Position numbers and translations under genes: made by a program
Notes under the pieces: generated by a model
Told to the model about the DNA's origin: nothing
Seen by the model: only the letters and a program-made list of their open reading frames with translations
Database searches by the model: none
Part shown: in pieces, positions 25,456-38,924 of the stretch
Position numbering within the stretch: the first letter of the stretch is position 1
How the letters are laid out: the number at the start of each line of letters is the position of its first letter
Source: Octopus sinensis
Lineage: Eukaryota
Assembly (NCBI RefSeq): GCF_006345805.1
Contig: NC_042997.1
Coordinates: 9,424,001 to 9,488,000, forward strand
DNA length: 64,000 bases
Reading direction: 5' to 3'

Positions 25456-27204
25456 CACACACACACACACATACATATATGTATATATATATATACATAG
25501 ATGCGCACACAATGATGTATAAGTACAGTTAATATGTGGAGACACTTGAAAAGAAAAATCAAGTCACACACTGACACACAAACATATATATATAGATATA
25601 ATCTCCAGAATGCATTGTTTTCTGACTTTCAGACACTCATAAAAGTCCATTCCAGCAAAACTGGAACAATAATTGTACATAATTTTCTTTTATTCCTGGT
25701 GACACAGAAACTGATGGTGTACAGAACAGCTGAAATACTGGGAGCACAAATTCGTCTTTTGATTTGAGCTTTTTGAGAACTCTCATAAAAAATTTTGCAT
25801 ATCAAATCATACATATTGTGATTTTCCAAGACAATTCCTTTTGCATCAAGTACAATGGTAATGAGCATTTCAGAGTGGCTAGGTGAAGCTATAATGGAGC
25901 AGTGTTTTATGAGCAAGGAGATTTTCCCATTGGAATGAAGCTTTCATTGATATAATCACATGATCATATCACACCTCTCTAATGACCCTACCTTTTATAG
26001 ATGGAAATAAGATGTAATAGATCTATTTGTGAATCCAATCTAAGAATTATAGCCCACATTATTATTGAAATTTTTAATTTCCTGGATATCACTAAATTTA
26101 AATGCATCAAATATCTTCCCTACTGAAAGATAAATGGAAAGCTCTTACATATAAATAATCTAATTATACATGAGTAATATCAGAAGGTAGATATTCAGTG
26201 CCACTTTCAATGAAGACTTTTTCTAGTACACCTCTTATTATAATACTTTAGCAGTGTGGTTCTAAATGAAAGTTCTTCAATATATGAAACAAACTAATAG
26301 CAGGCATACAAATATAAATAAAAGGGAAAATTATCTTACTTAATCCCTATCTAAATTTACATGCTTTTTCTAATATAACAAAAGATTCTTTAATTTAGCC
26401 TATCAGCATTTTCTTACTTTTCCATAGATAATACGTTTTTAATAAGCATACAATGGAAGTGAGTTATAGCTGCAAAGATAATCTTGTCACTTCAGTATTG
26501 AATATCAACAGAAGTGCAGTGGATGCAAGTCATCATAGCACCAGCACTGGAAAGTTTGCCTTGGTGTCTACAAGACTAAAGAGACCTCTCTATGTTGTCT
26601 CCATTCGTTCAAGGCAAACATTTCCAAGAGAGTGAAAAGTAAAGAGAGCATGGATATGACAGGATTACCAAAGTGATGGGTGCAAGAGGATGGCAGGGAT
26701 GGAAGTAATTGAAGAGACTTGTTGATAGGTGGAGAATGATAAGAGTACTGGAAAAGATAGAAGAAGTGAGAGAGAGACAGAGAGTTTGTGTGTGTGTGTA
26801 ATGGATAATAGTGGATATGGACAGTGTCAACATCCAAAAAGAGTGTTGGATGTAAATAAAGAGTGACATGAGAGAGATAGAGAACGTGGTGGGTAGTAGT
26901 AAAGAAAGGTGATTGTTAAAGACAATAAATATGAACAGATTCAATACTATCTCTTGTTACACAGACATTGTAAGGGAAGATAATTAGTTAGTCATAAAGA
27001 GGGGTTGAATTGCAAGGATGGTTTGATTGGAAAGATCCAAAGTCAATAAAAGTAGTGATTCTGCTTTACAGTATCAAAATCATGATGACATCCAATTGGC
27101 AGATGATGAAAGAATTCCCAGTCATACGATATGTGCTTTTAATGCTTTTAAGATCTCTGCTTGTTGTCACTGGCCTGTCTCTTTGATTTCATTTGTTTCA
27201 TTTA

Positions 27205-27670
27205 CCAAAAATTGTACAGGTTCTTCTTACATGGCTCCTGTGAACACCATGGAAGATACCGGATTGCCATCCGACATGCCCATTAAAATCTCCAGCCACA
27301 GAGGTGAGGTCATTGCCACTCATGTTTGAGGTAGCCTGTAGAAGGGTGTCATAAAAGTGGTCTTGCTGATCATTTGGTAGGCCTGGTTGCGGGGCATAGG
27401 CAGAGATAATTGTACCTATACTATTCTGCAGGACTAGCCTGAGCTTAAGCACTCTATCACATACCCTGATTACCTCTATGACCTTATCCACCCATTTCTC
27501 CACAAGAAGAATGCCTACACCCCCTACTCCATCACTGTTACCTTCCCAGAAGATTTTACACCTATGTGCCTTGCCTGTGAGGACTCTAGCTGAAGCTCCT
27601 CTCCACCTTACCTCTTGTATGCAGCATACATCAACACGTCTCTGTTCAAGCATCTCTACAATCTCCCTAG
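27205..27670 (-). pseudogene. RTE apurinic-like endonuclease fragment
   Basis: VDVCCIQEVRWRG, GVGILL, ISAYAPQ and AGDFNGHVG motifs. Confidence 0.9.
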
Positions 27671-28136
27671 ACATAACATGGTATAACAACATTTATGAAG
27701 CATACACACATGCACACAGACACTTGTATTAACAATTTTACTAAGAATCTCATTACTTTAAGTTTCAGAAGAGTGTGTAAAACATTCTTATCGATAAGTT
27801 ACTACTTTATATGAACTTTGCAAATCATCCAGTGATCTTTTGGCACACTTATATATACATGCATATATTTATGCATACACATATACACAGATAGACATGC
27901 ACACACACACACACACACACATGTATATATAAAATATATATACTGTCTAAGAACCCATAAGTCAAATTATATGCTGTCTGTATAGAGTGAGTATATTAAT
28001 CAAAGGGCAGTTCTCATGTTTTTTCCATAGTTGCTATCTCAGAAGACCAAATAGCATTACTTAACTAGCCATTCATCTAACATCAAGTTTTAATACCAAG
28101 TGGAAAACTGATTGGTAAGATTGGCTGTAATGAATC

Positions 28137-28522
28137 TTGGCTGTGTGGTAGGTAGCTTACTTACGAACCACATGGTTCTGGGTTCAGTCCCACTGCATGG
28201 CACCTTGGGCAAGTGTCTTCTACTATAGCCTCGGGCTGACCAAAGCCTTGTGAGTAGATTTGGTAGATGGAAACTGAAAGAAGCCCATCGTATATATGTG
28301 TATGTATGTGTGTGTATATATTGTATATCTGTGTTTGTCCCCCCAAACTAGCTTGACAACCGAATCTGGTGTGTTTAAGTCCCCCGTAACTTAGCGGTTC
28401 AGCAAAAGAGACCAATAGAATAAGTACTAGGCTTACAAAGAATAAGTCCTGGGGTCGATTTGTTCGACTAAAGGCGGTGCATGGGCGCAGTCAAATGACT
28501 AAAACCAGTAAAAGAGTAAAGA
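28137..28522 (+). mobile_element. SINE family A
   Basis: Close match to 1661-2063. Confidence 0.85.
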
Positions 28523-30231
28523 GTATATATATATATTTGTGTGTGTATGTGTGTGTGTGTGTTCATGTGTGTATTTGGCGTTAGGAAGGGTATCTAGGTG
28601 TAGAAACCATGCCAAATCTGACTGGAGTTTAGTGAAACCCCTCAGATTACCAGCCCTAGTTAAAACATCCAACTCATGCCAGCATGGACAACAGACGCTA
28701 AATGATGATGATGATATATATATATATAAAACCTTCCATGAAATCTTGTCTGGGCATTCTGCTATTTGTGTTTGAACTATGAGGAGAATGTTACCTTATA
28801 TAGGGACAGGTAAAGATTAGGAACATAAAAGGTATCTCACCATAGAAAACCTGCCTCAATTAATGTTGCCTACTCCAAGCAAGCATGGAAACGTGGAGGT
28901 TAAAATGGTGGTGGTGGTGATGGCAGTGGTGGTGATGGTGGTGGTAGTGGTATACATTACAGTTAGAGAAATACATACTTCAATGGCAAAGTATTTCTAC
29001 AAGAGGAAAGCATTTACTCATATAAAATTGCATTCAGTTTACTCTTTCTTTTATTAAATCTTTTTTTATTTAAATCTTAGTTTTCCCAGATTCAACTTAT
29101 GAACTACTTACTGTTTATGCCTATGTATGTATGTATATATGTATATGTGTTTATGCACACACACACACACACAAGCATACTATGTGTATGCACAAACACA
29201 TATATAAAACATATATATATAAAGCACATTTCTTAGCAGTACAGATCAGACTTGAAAGTAGCTTTGTTGTAAAATTTTGGTATGAATATTGGTAGGTAGA
29301 CATATGATGGTAATTATATTATATCAATAGTGCTTTTAAATATGTAGATCTTTAGCCATATCATTGCAAAAAGGTTTAGCAAAATCTTGTAATGTTGATA
29401 TATGACTGAGGAAAGTTTGAAAACGTTTGCAAATCTGATTTACTTTGCTTAATGCTATTTCTAGCTTATAAATATCCAGCTTTTAAAATTCTTCAGCAGA
29501 AAGTAACATTTAAATATTTCCTTGTAATATTACCTTGTCAAACATAATTTTAATATCAGAACAGATTATTCAAACTTTTAGATAATAAATGGATTGACAG
29601 AAATTTTATATTTCTTCAAGAAAGAAAACAAAGTGGTTGAACAAGGAATGGATTAAATTGAAGGAAATATGCATAATCTGAAAAACATCAGAAGGCAAAA
29701 AGGTTTATTTTACTGACAGTTTGTGAATAGTTTTAAATGTACTTATTTTTCTTAGAATTGGCTAAATTTAAACTGCTGCTATTAATGTATTTTTAGTAGA
29801 ATTTCTAAGATTTCAGAAAAGAAGGTTAACACTTGCTGTGCAAGAAAATCCCTTTGTTTTCTAGTGATAAATTTTATTTCTCTTTTTTCTGCTTGATGAA
29901 TATTTGGCCTTCAAAAGCTAAAAATTTAGGGAAAATGAAAATAAGAACTAGAAATTTAAAGCTAATGCAATTATTTTTTCTTTGAAATCTTAAGTGGGAA
30001 TTTAAGATCGTATTCTCTTTTGTTCATTTACTGATTTCAATCATTGGACTATGGTATTTTTAGTTCACCACTTTCTAGTTGACAGTGAATTACATCTTCC
30101 CAGACATTTATTCATCTATTACAGAAAGACGAAGGGCAAAATTGAAACTTGGCAAGATGAGAACTTAAATTTTAAAGGAGCATAACCACATACTACATAT
30201 TTTGTCATCTCTCAGCAATCTCTAATACAAC

Positions 30232-30279
<48 letters not shown>

Positions 30280-30282
30280 AAT

Positions 30283-30620
30283 AATTGCAGCGTGGAAGGT
30301 GTTTGTAAGCCATTTAAGAAACACACAAAAGCCGTTCGATTCACTTCAACATTTAAGTTTAATTTGTCAAAATATATTCGTCACTAAAATCCGCGACCTG
30401 TTCACTGACAAAAATCCTTGCTGCACAGATTTTTGTCAGTGAACAGGTTGCGGATTTTAGTGACAAAAATATTTTGACAAATTAAACTTAAATGTTGAAG
30501 TGAATCGAACGGCTTTTGTGTGTTTCTTAAATGGCTTACAAACACCTTCCACGCTGCAATTGTTTTCGTTTCAGCACACGATCTCAGATCAAATCACTTG
30601 CTATGCGAGTACATCTCCCT
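30283..30620 (+). mobile_element. Palindromic (inverted plus direct) PLE-like pseudo-LTR with two decayed G3:C8 hammerheads
   Basis: 30283-30420 is the reverse complement of ~30422-30561; the right arm plus tail matches 37064-37263; flanked by (TA)n. Confidence 0.75.
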
Positions 30621-30640
30621 ATATATATAAAGTTAATATA

Positions 30641-30671
<31 letters not shown>

Positions 30672-30673
<2 letters not shown>

Positions 30674-32295
30674 GGAAGAGAATTAGCCGAAATGAGATGC
30701 AGATTAGTTTAGTGCCAGAAGAAGCACTACTGATGCTATTTTCCTGGTGAGGCAACTGCAAGAGTACTCAGCCACAAATAAACCTCTGTATTTGGCTTTT
30801 GTTGATATGGAGAAAGCTTTGACAGGGTCACCCACTCCTTTATCTAGTGGACAATGTGGAAGCTAGGTATAGATGGGTGGTTAGCAAGAGTTGTACAAGC
30901 CATGTACAGGAAGTCAGTCAGTAAGGTGAAAATTGGCAATGAGTATAGCAAGAATTTAATAAATAGAAAGGAGTTCACCGAGGATCAGTTATCAGTTCTC
31001 TCTTGTTTATCACAGCCCTCCAGGCCATAACAGAGGAATTTAAGACATGCTGCCTTTGAGAGCTCCTGTACACTGATGGCCTTGATCTTATTGCTGAATC
31101 ACTATCAGAACTAGAGAAGAAATTTCAGGTTTGGAATCAAAGGATCTTAGAGTTAATTTAGAAAAAGACCAAAGTCTTAGTAAGTAGGAAAACAGACAAA
31201 TCTCAAATTCCTTCAGGAAGATGGCCCTGCTTGATTTGCAGAAAAGATGTTGGTAGAAACTTCATACAATGTACTCAGTGTAAACTGTGGACATAAAAGA
31301 GGTGTCATTGTATCTCAGGAAGGTTAACAAAGTAGTCTTTATATGTGGCAGATGTGCAGGTACATTAAACACCAGGAATATACAGAAAATAGACTCCCTC
31401 AAACGTCCAGAAGGATCCTTAGAAGAAGTAAACAATTTCTATTAATTAGATGATAACCAAGTTAGCAGTGGAGGATGTAGTTCTGAGAACATAGCTGCTA
31501 CAATACAGTTCAGAGAGCTACCACCTCTGTTAGTAACAATGGACTCCTCTCTTAGAATGAGGGGCAGATTGTATGTTGCTTGTATACAAACAGATATGCT
31601 ACATGGCAGTGAAACATGCACTGTGACTACTGAGGATGTGTGGAGGCATGAAAGAAAAGAAGCCAGTATGCTCTGCTGGATGGGTAATGTCACTGTGCAT
31701 GTATAACAGAGTTCAAGAGATTTGAGAGAAAAATTGTGTAAACAAGGCAATAAATATAGTGTTTCAGACAGAAGACTGCACCAGTATGGTTATGTAATGA
31801 GTATGGATGAGGAAATTTGCATCAAGAAGTGCCAGTCTGCAATTGTGGAAAAAGTAGACCCAGGAAGATGTGGGATGAAGAGGTGAAAAAGGATCTTGGT
31901 CCTCACAATTGAGATGACAAAGGATTGAGACTTCTGGCAGTTTTCTGTGCTTGTGGAGATGCATCAAGCTAAGTAACATCATGATTGTCCATAGATACAG
32001 GTATGTCCTCAACATCCCTCTCTCAGCCAAGAAATCCCAAACTCCCCTGCCAGTTCAACATAAAAGCACCCTTGCTGATGTCACATAAAAGTGCCCATAC
32101 CAGTCTCATGTCTAAAGTACCCAGTACACTCTGTAAAGGGGTTGAAATTAGGAAGAGCATCCAGCTGTAGAAACCATGCCAAAACTGAAAAATAGAACCT
32201 GGGCAGCTCACGTCAAATGCTTACCCATCCAACCCATGCTAGCATGAGTTGGATAGGTAAGTATTAAATGATGATGAGGAGGAGAAAGAGGATGA
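30672..32295 (+). mobile_element. Decayed RTE LINE (RT to 3' tail)
   Basis: Remnants of LYLAFVDMEKA, GRWPCLIC and HGSET with stops and frameshifts. Confidence 0.9.
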
Positions 32296-32477
32296 TATAT
32301 ATAGATAGATATATTATATATATATAGATAGATATATTATATATATACAGATAGATATATTATATATATACAGATAGATATATTATATATATACAGATAG
32401 ATATATTGTATATATACAGATAGATATATTGTATATATACAGATATATCATATATATACAGATAGATATATTATATC

Positions 32478-32810
32478 GGACTTGGTAAACACCCACAAGG
32501 TTATCAACCACCTCACCAACAACAACACTGAACACCTTTTTGATCTCCATGTGTCTAACACACGTGGACATGCCTACAAAGTCAGAAAACAACACAGCTC
32601 CCATGACTTTCGGAAACATTTTTTCACGCTCAGAGTTGCTGAAGCATGGAATAAACTGCCTGCGTCAGTTGTTGACTGCCATGACACTGCATCCTTTAAG
32701 GCCCTCATGCTTTCCGAAATCCGCCGAAACTACACCTGATTATATATTCACTTTAGATGAGTTGTAGTGCACCTGAGCACTGTACACAATTATTATTATT
32801 ATTATTATTA
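32478..32810 (+). mobile_element. CR1-clade LINE 3' end inside a (TA/GATA) minisatellite
   Basis: TRGHAYKV...RKHFFTLRVAEAWNKLPASVV is the typical CR1 ORF2 C-terminus; (ATT)n tail. Confidence 0.85.
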
Positions 32811-33954
32811 TATATCATATATATACAGATAGATATATTATATATACACAGATATATCATATATATACAGATATATCATATATATACATATATATCATAT
32901 ATATATATATACATACACACACACATACTTTTTTTTTAAAGGTTATAAGTTAGAAGCAGAAAACATATAGTATGAAATGTAATTGGAAGCTGGGATCAAA
33001 ATCATTATATTTTCAGATCTTGGTTTCAGTTATTAAAGTGATAGTAAATTATAAAAAAGGTGAGTCATTTTACTTTTACTTTGTATCAATGATTTATGGA
33101 TGCTGTCAACAGCCTTGGTTGGGATGGTTCTGACATTCTCACTTATTCTGATAAAGATTAAATCTTTGGTCTTATCTCACATTAAGTGTTATAGCACATG
33201 CTTAGTGATTAGATCTGGGTTATCGGATATTGTCTGTTACTGTATTTTTGAGTGCTACTTTCCTTTATGAATCAATATGGCATGTGCACATATATACACA
33301 TATGTACACATGCATATATGCATGCACACACATACGCACACATATACACGGACACACACATATACACACATGTATAAGGTAGCAAACATTTCCCAAATAT
33401 TTTCTTTACTACTGATAAAAAATTATAATAGCTTTTGACTGTTTTGATCTGTGGACATAGCTAGTAGCAATGATTTTTTTTTTAATACTTTTAATCTCTC
33501 TATTTTCTTTATGACCATCAGTATGGTTTCCATGAAGCCAGATCCACTGGTGATCTCCTGTTCTATGTTACCTACTTTGGAGAAATTTTGTTAAAGTAAT
33601 GTTGTCACCTTTGACACCAGCAAAGCTTGCAACTGTGTTCGCCATGAAAATCTATTGAAACTACCAGCCTGTGGGCTCCTCCCATCTCTCATCTTATGGT
33701 CCTATCAGATCAAACTATCAGGGTTATGTGCTGGCAGAGCTCCTTCTGTTTGTCACTTTACTGACACTAGAATACATAATCTGTGCATTATATTTTAATA
33801 GTAGACTGTTGAAATAAACACTATGACTTGAGAGTGAAAATACACCAGAGAAGTGTTTAACATATCAGCATAACTCGAATACAGTCTCAAATGCATAATA
33901 TATTGAGCTGAAAAACTTTGATCAATCCTTTAACTGTGGAATTAAATTTCATGG

Positions 33955-35010
33955 TCATTATCATCATCATTTAACGTCTGTTTTCTATGCTGGCATGGGT
34001 TGGACGGTTTGCCTGAGGGCTGGAAAGCCAGTGGCTGTACCAGGCTCCAATCTGATCTGGCAGTGTTTTTACAACTGGATGCCCTTCCTATTGCCAACCA
34101 CTCTGAGAGTGTAGTGGGTGCTTTTCATGTCCCACTGGCACAGGAGCCAGTCAGGTGGGCTTGGCATCCATCGATCACATTCAGATAGTGCTTTTTACCT
34201 GCCACCTGCACAAGAGCCAGTCAGTGGGTACCAGAATCGGCCACGTTTGGATGCTGCTTTTTACATGTTACCAGCACAGGAGCCAGTCAGACAGTTCTGG
34301 CATCGATCATATTCGGACAGTGCTTTTTATATGCCACCAGCATGGGAGCCAGTCAGGGGGTACTGGCATTGAACACATTTGGATAGTGCTTTTTACATTC
34401 CACCAGCACAGGAGGCCCATCAGGGAACACTGGCATCGACCACGTTCAGATGATACTTTTTGCATGCTAGTGGAATAGGGGCCAGTCAAGGGCCACTGGC
34501 CACAGTGGCGATTTTGCTTTTACTTGACTCAACAGGTCTTCTCAAGCATATCATATCACCTGACGCATCAAGGGTACTCTTAAGTAGGCCATATATGCAG
34601 CACTGGCATCGGCCATGACTGCGGTCTCACTTTAGTTGCTGGGTCTTCTCAATCACAGAATATTTCCAAAGGTCTTGGTTTCTTGTCATTGCCTCTGTGA
34701 GGCCCAATGTTCAAAGGTCATGTTTTACCATCTCATCCCATGTTTTCCTGAGTCTACCTCTTCCATGGGTTTCCTTCCACTGTTAGGGAGTGGCACTTCC
34801 TCACACAGTTGTCCTCATCCATATGTAACACATAGCCATACCATTGCAGTCACCTCTCTTCCACACCACATATGATGCTTTTTATGTCCAGCTTTTCTCT
34901 AAGGGCGCTTACAATGTGTCGTGTATGCACACTGACATTACACATCCAACGGAGCATACTGGCTTCATTTCTTTCAAGCCTACACATGTCCTCAGCAATC
35001 ATGACCCAGA
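33955..35010 (-). mobile_element. Decayed RTE LINE 3' part with diverged 3'UTR array
   Basis: AEDMCRLERNEASMLRWMCNVSV; (CAT)n tail. Confidence 0.85.
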
Positions 35011-35529
35011 CATTCCAGTAATTATGATAAACATCTACCAAAAACAGGAATTGGTATTTTCTCTTAGTCATGTGCCTCATGTGTGTGTGTATAAAGTGTA
35101 TTTATATATATGTATTCTTTTATTCTTTTACATGTATCTGCCCTTATTTATTTATCTTATATAGTTTTTGGTTGTGGTCAGTCAAGGGGTTGCCATTGGT
35201 TTCACACATATAATGATTTTAGCAATTTAGGCAACTCATCAGACCTGCTAGTCGGAAACACGTCTCTACTACTAGAGGTGACTACAGACCTAGTCAGTCA
35301 GGATTATGAAAAAATATCCCTAAAATAAAATTCTTCTGAGCAAGATGGAGTTTCCCATCTTTGATCAGTTCCATTTGCATCTATCTTATGAGGTTAGGGC
35401 AATCCAACTGCTGTTGCATGCTAATATCCATAATCCTTTTCACCCAGATACATGACCTCAGTCCACTGGATTATTGCGTATGAAGTATAGTCAAGAGAGA
35501 GAGAGGTCAATCAACTCTCCCATAACACC

Positions 35530-35817
35530 ATTTGTTCCTTTTCGAGCCATGCCTGGCTCATAAGGGCCGGTTTCCTGGTTTCCTTGGCATATAGGTTCCC
35601 CACCTGGATGGGAAGCCAGTCCATTGCAGATGAGCTGCAAGATGCTGGAGGAATGAGTGAGAGAAAGTTGTGGTGAAAGAGTCAGCAGAAGTTCGCCATT
35701 ACCTTCTGCCGGAGCCGTGTGGAGCTTAGATGTTTCACTCATGAACACACACATCGCCCGGTCTGAGATTCGAACCCGCGATCCTTCGACCACGATTCCA
35801 CTGCTCTAACCACTAGG
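35530..35817 (-). mobile_element. SINE, family-C-like head with a different tail
   Basis: Minus strand tagtggttagagcag...ggttcgaatctcagaccgggcg...ctctttcaccacaactttctctcactc. Confidence 0.75.
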
Positions 35818-36478
35818 TCTCGAGTCTACAAAAACAAGTACTATGCCCAAAATTGATTAAGGATCATCTGATTCAGACATGTTAACACTTCCAACCCTGT
35901 ATTGCAGCAATGAAGCAGCAATTGATGCTTATGGTCATTGATGCTAATAGGTGTGATAAAAGGCTTCTTAAGATGATTAGTACAAGTTTGTTTTCAAATA
36001 CTATTTTTCTTTGATGGACTATACATCTGGTTTTAAATTCATACAAATGACCTCAAAAAATTGATGCAACTTGTATATACAGATATACATATGGTACAAA
36101 AAAAAAAAAAAACACAGAGTACATTAGGTTTATGATCACCAGATATTCTTGAGCATTTTTGCAAGTATACCTGATGCTCACACACATGCACACATACACA
36201 CATATGTATGTACCCAATCCACACTGCAAAATGGTTGGCATAAAGAAGAGCATCCAACCATCAAGCCATAAAACCATGCTAAAACAGACCTTGCCAGTAC
36301 TGGTATCACAAAAATGTACCCAGTCCACTCTGTAAAGTGGTTGGCATTAGGAAGGCCATCCAATTGTAAATGATGCCATAGCAAACTGTGTAACTTGGTA
36401 CAGTCCTCTGGTGCACCAGCTACCATCAAACCATCCAACCCATGCCAGCATGGAGTGCAGATGTTAAATGCTGACATA

Positions 36479-36815
36479 TCTATTATATAAAATCCGTTCT
36501 GTCTGTCTGTGTGTGTGTGTCTTCTAGGATATGTAGATACCAACGGTATCAGGGCGTGTATGTCTTGAAAAAATTACAAAAATCGATTCCAGGTGAGAAT
36601 GCGATTGATAAAGCCGTGGGAACGTGCATTTGTACGTGCAAGCATATCAAAAAGAGTATCTTTATTTCTTCTTTTGCTGGTGTTTCAAATTTAGTTTAAA
36701 TCAGTGTTTCTCAAAAGGGAGGCCTATGGGACGGTCGGACAAGTTGTTTTGGGAAAATTTGGTTTAAATGTTTGACAACTCAGCACCGTCCAATGGACGG
36801 GGGGCGTTTTGCTTG
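36479..36815 (+). mobile_element. Non-autonomous Helitron (first of a tandem pair)
   Basis: A|TCtattatataaaa...ctgtctgtctgtgtg 5' end; hairpin ccgtccaatggacgg; CTTG|T 3' end. Confidence 0.65.
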
Positions 36816-36817
36816 TA

Positions 36818-37522
36818 TCTAATATAATAAATGTGAATGTCAGTGTGTCACACTTTTTCAACTTTACTCCTAGAGGCCGTAGCCCAAATTATCATCCCAT
36901 TTTGGAATCAGGCTGACTCCATGAGTAAATTAAAACCATTCCAGACTGAATCTGGACCTGCAACCCTGAAATTTTGGATACCCAAGTTTTCATTATTGAG
37001 ATTGCTTTCGGCAATTTTTGTACATGACTTTTTGTGGCAAATTTTTTGTACAATAACAATTTGCAGCATGGATTTTTGTCAGTGAACAGGTCGCGGTCTT
37101 AAAGCGACGAAAATATTTTGACAAATTAAACTTAAATGTTGAAGTGAATCAAACGGCTTTTGTGTGTTTCTTAAATGGCTTACAAACACCTTTCACGCTG
37201 CAATTGTTTTCATTTCAGCACATGATCTCAAATCAAATCACTCGCTATGCAAGTACATCTCCGTAATTTTTATAACTTGGAAATAAATTTTGGGAATAAT
37301 CAAAATTAATTGCAAATTCCAGTGATTGTTTTTGATGATTTTTTTATGTGATTTGTTTGCAACAAATATGATCATTATTGGGATATAACTCTGGATGAAG
37401 CAATTGCAACAAATTCTCCAAAACAAGTAAGAGATCTGTTTGCAGATTTGCCCATTCGGGATCAGTAGCTTAAAAGCTATACACTAGCTTAAAAGCCACC
37501 CGATACAGCAGCTTTTAAGCTA

Positions 37523-37523
<1 letters not shown>
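36818..37523 (+). mobile_element. Non-autonomous Helitron (second of the pair) containing a hammerhead-bearing segment
   Basis: A|TCtaatataataaa 5' end; gcttttaagCTAG|T 3' end with an inverted repeat. Confidence 0.55.
37075..37125 (+). ncRNA. Variant type-I hammerhead ribozyme motif (G3:C8 core)
   Basis: tttgtca-GTGAACA-g-gtcgc(ggtcttaaa)gcgac-GAAA-atat-TT-tgacaaa; perfect 7-bp stem I and 5-bp stem II; palindromic stem III. Confidence 0.65.
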
Positions 37524-37565
<42 letters not shown>

Positions 37566-37967
37566 CACTTCAACAGCTTTTCAGATTGTTTATAATATAT
37601 ATAGGCATACTTTTACTCAAATAACTCTTAAGATTATTTAAGTGTGTGCATGAGAGAGCACACGTGTGTGTATGTATATGTAAGAGAGAGAGAGAGCATA
37701 CACGTTTGTGTGTGTGTGTGTGCATGTGTGCATGCTTTATAAACAATCCTAAGTGCTGTTCATTTCTATAGAACTATGTGAAAAAGAGAAATAATACACA
37801 ACTAATAACATTCATTAAAACTATAACTATCTCTCAAGAAAGATGCAATAAATGTCTACCTGATTTCCAAACAGATACTTTAGCAAAGCCCTCACTTGTT
37901 TTTACAAAGAATTCACATGACAGCATAACTAAATATATTTAGTACTTCTATAACATATGCATATATA

Positions 37968-38450
37968 TTGGGTCATCCCACAAATAATACATTGTTTTCA
38001 ATTGTATGAACTAAAAGTTGGAGGAGGATAGGATAAACTACCTGCATCAACTTGCTATAAAACAGGTAGTAATTTTACCATATCCTTATTCTTAGTGCAC
38101 GTTTTGAAGAGTGCAGTTTGATTTTAACAGTTATTTTCTCAAAGTTATAATGGAAGTAACAAAGGAGCGTATTCGGCATATTTTGCTTCATGAGTTGAAT
38201 AAAGGCAACAACACAATGGAAAGTGCAAGGAATATAAATGCATTATATGCAGATTGGACAATAACCGTAAGCCAGTCTCAACTGTGGCTCCAGAAATTCT
38301 GAGCCAGAAACTACATCTTAGAAAATGAGTTTCATCCTGGAAAATCTGTAGAGCTTGATGAGGATGTCCTGCAAACTCTGGGGGAACAAAATTCCATTGT
38401 ATCTGTTGAGGAACTAGCAGAGAAGCTTGGATTTGGTCATTCAACCAGTC
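37968..38450 (+). mobile_element. Mariner 5' fragment (TIR plus N-terminal HTH region)
   Basis: ta|ttgggtcatccca TIR; MEVTKERIRHILLHELNKGN...SARNINALY...WLQKF. Confidence 0.8.
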
Positions 38451-38572
38451 ATTGTGTCAGCACTAGAAGGAAAACAAACATCTTGAAGTTTACAGTTTTC
38501 CTACACTCAGGTCCCCAGATCATACACAAGGGCATCATGTGTGTGTATGTGTATATATATATATATATATAC

Positions 38573-38663
38573 TGCCAGATCTGACTGGCCTGGTGCAGCC
38601 TTCGGGCTCCCCAGACCCCAGTTGAACCGTCCAACCCATGCTAGCATGGAAAGCGGACGTTAA

Positions 38664-38694
<31 letters not shown>
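38573..38694 (+). mobile_element. RTE 3' tail
   Basis: Near-exact reverse complement of 361-467; (GAT)n tail. Confidence 0.85.
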
Positions 38695-38734
<40 letters not shown>

Positions 38735-38924
38735 TTAATTAAGGGTATAAATTGATATTAGTCAATTAATTCTATTTGATTTGGATATTAGTCAATTTAT
38801 TCTATTTGAGAACATAATCTTTGTGGAGAATGGCGATTTGACGTCTATATCTAGCATGTTGACTGTCCACTTTTCGTGTTCAGTCCTTAATTGGTATATA
38901 TATATATACACACACATACACACA

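Noticed and set aside
25629-25916. ORF with VLDAKGIVL, resembling mariner FWDAKG
   Set aside because: No other transposase motif or TIR; too weak.
33600-33750. D.SKA...V.H..LLKL trace resembling an RT motif
   Set aside because: Too short and decayed to delimit or classify.
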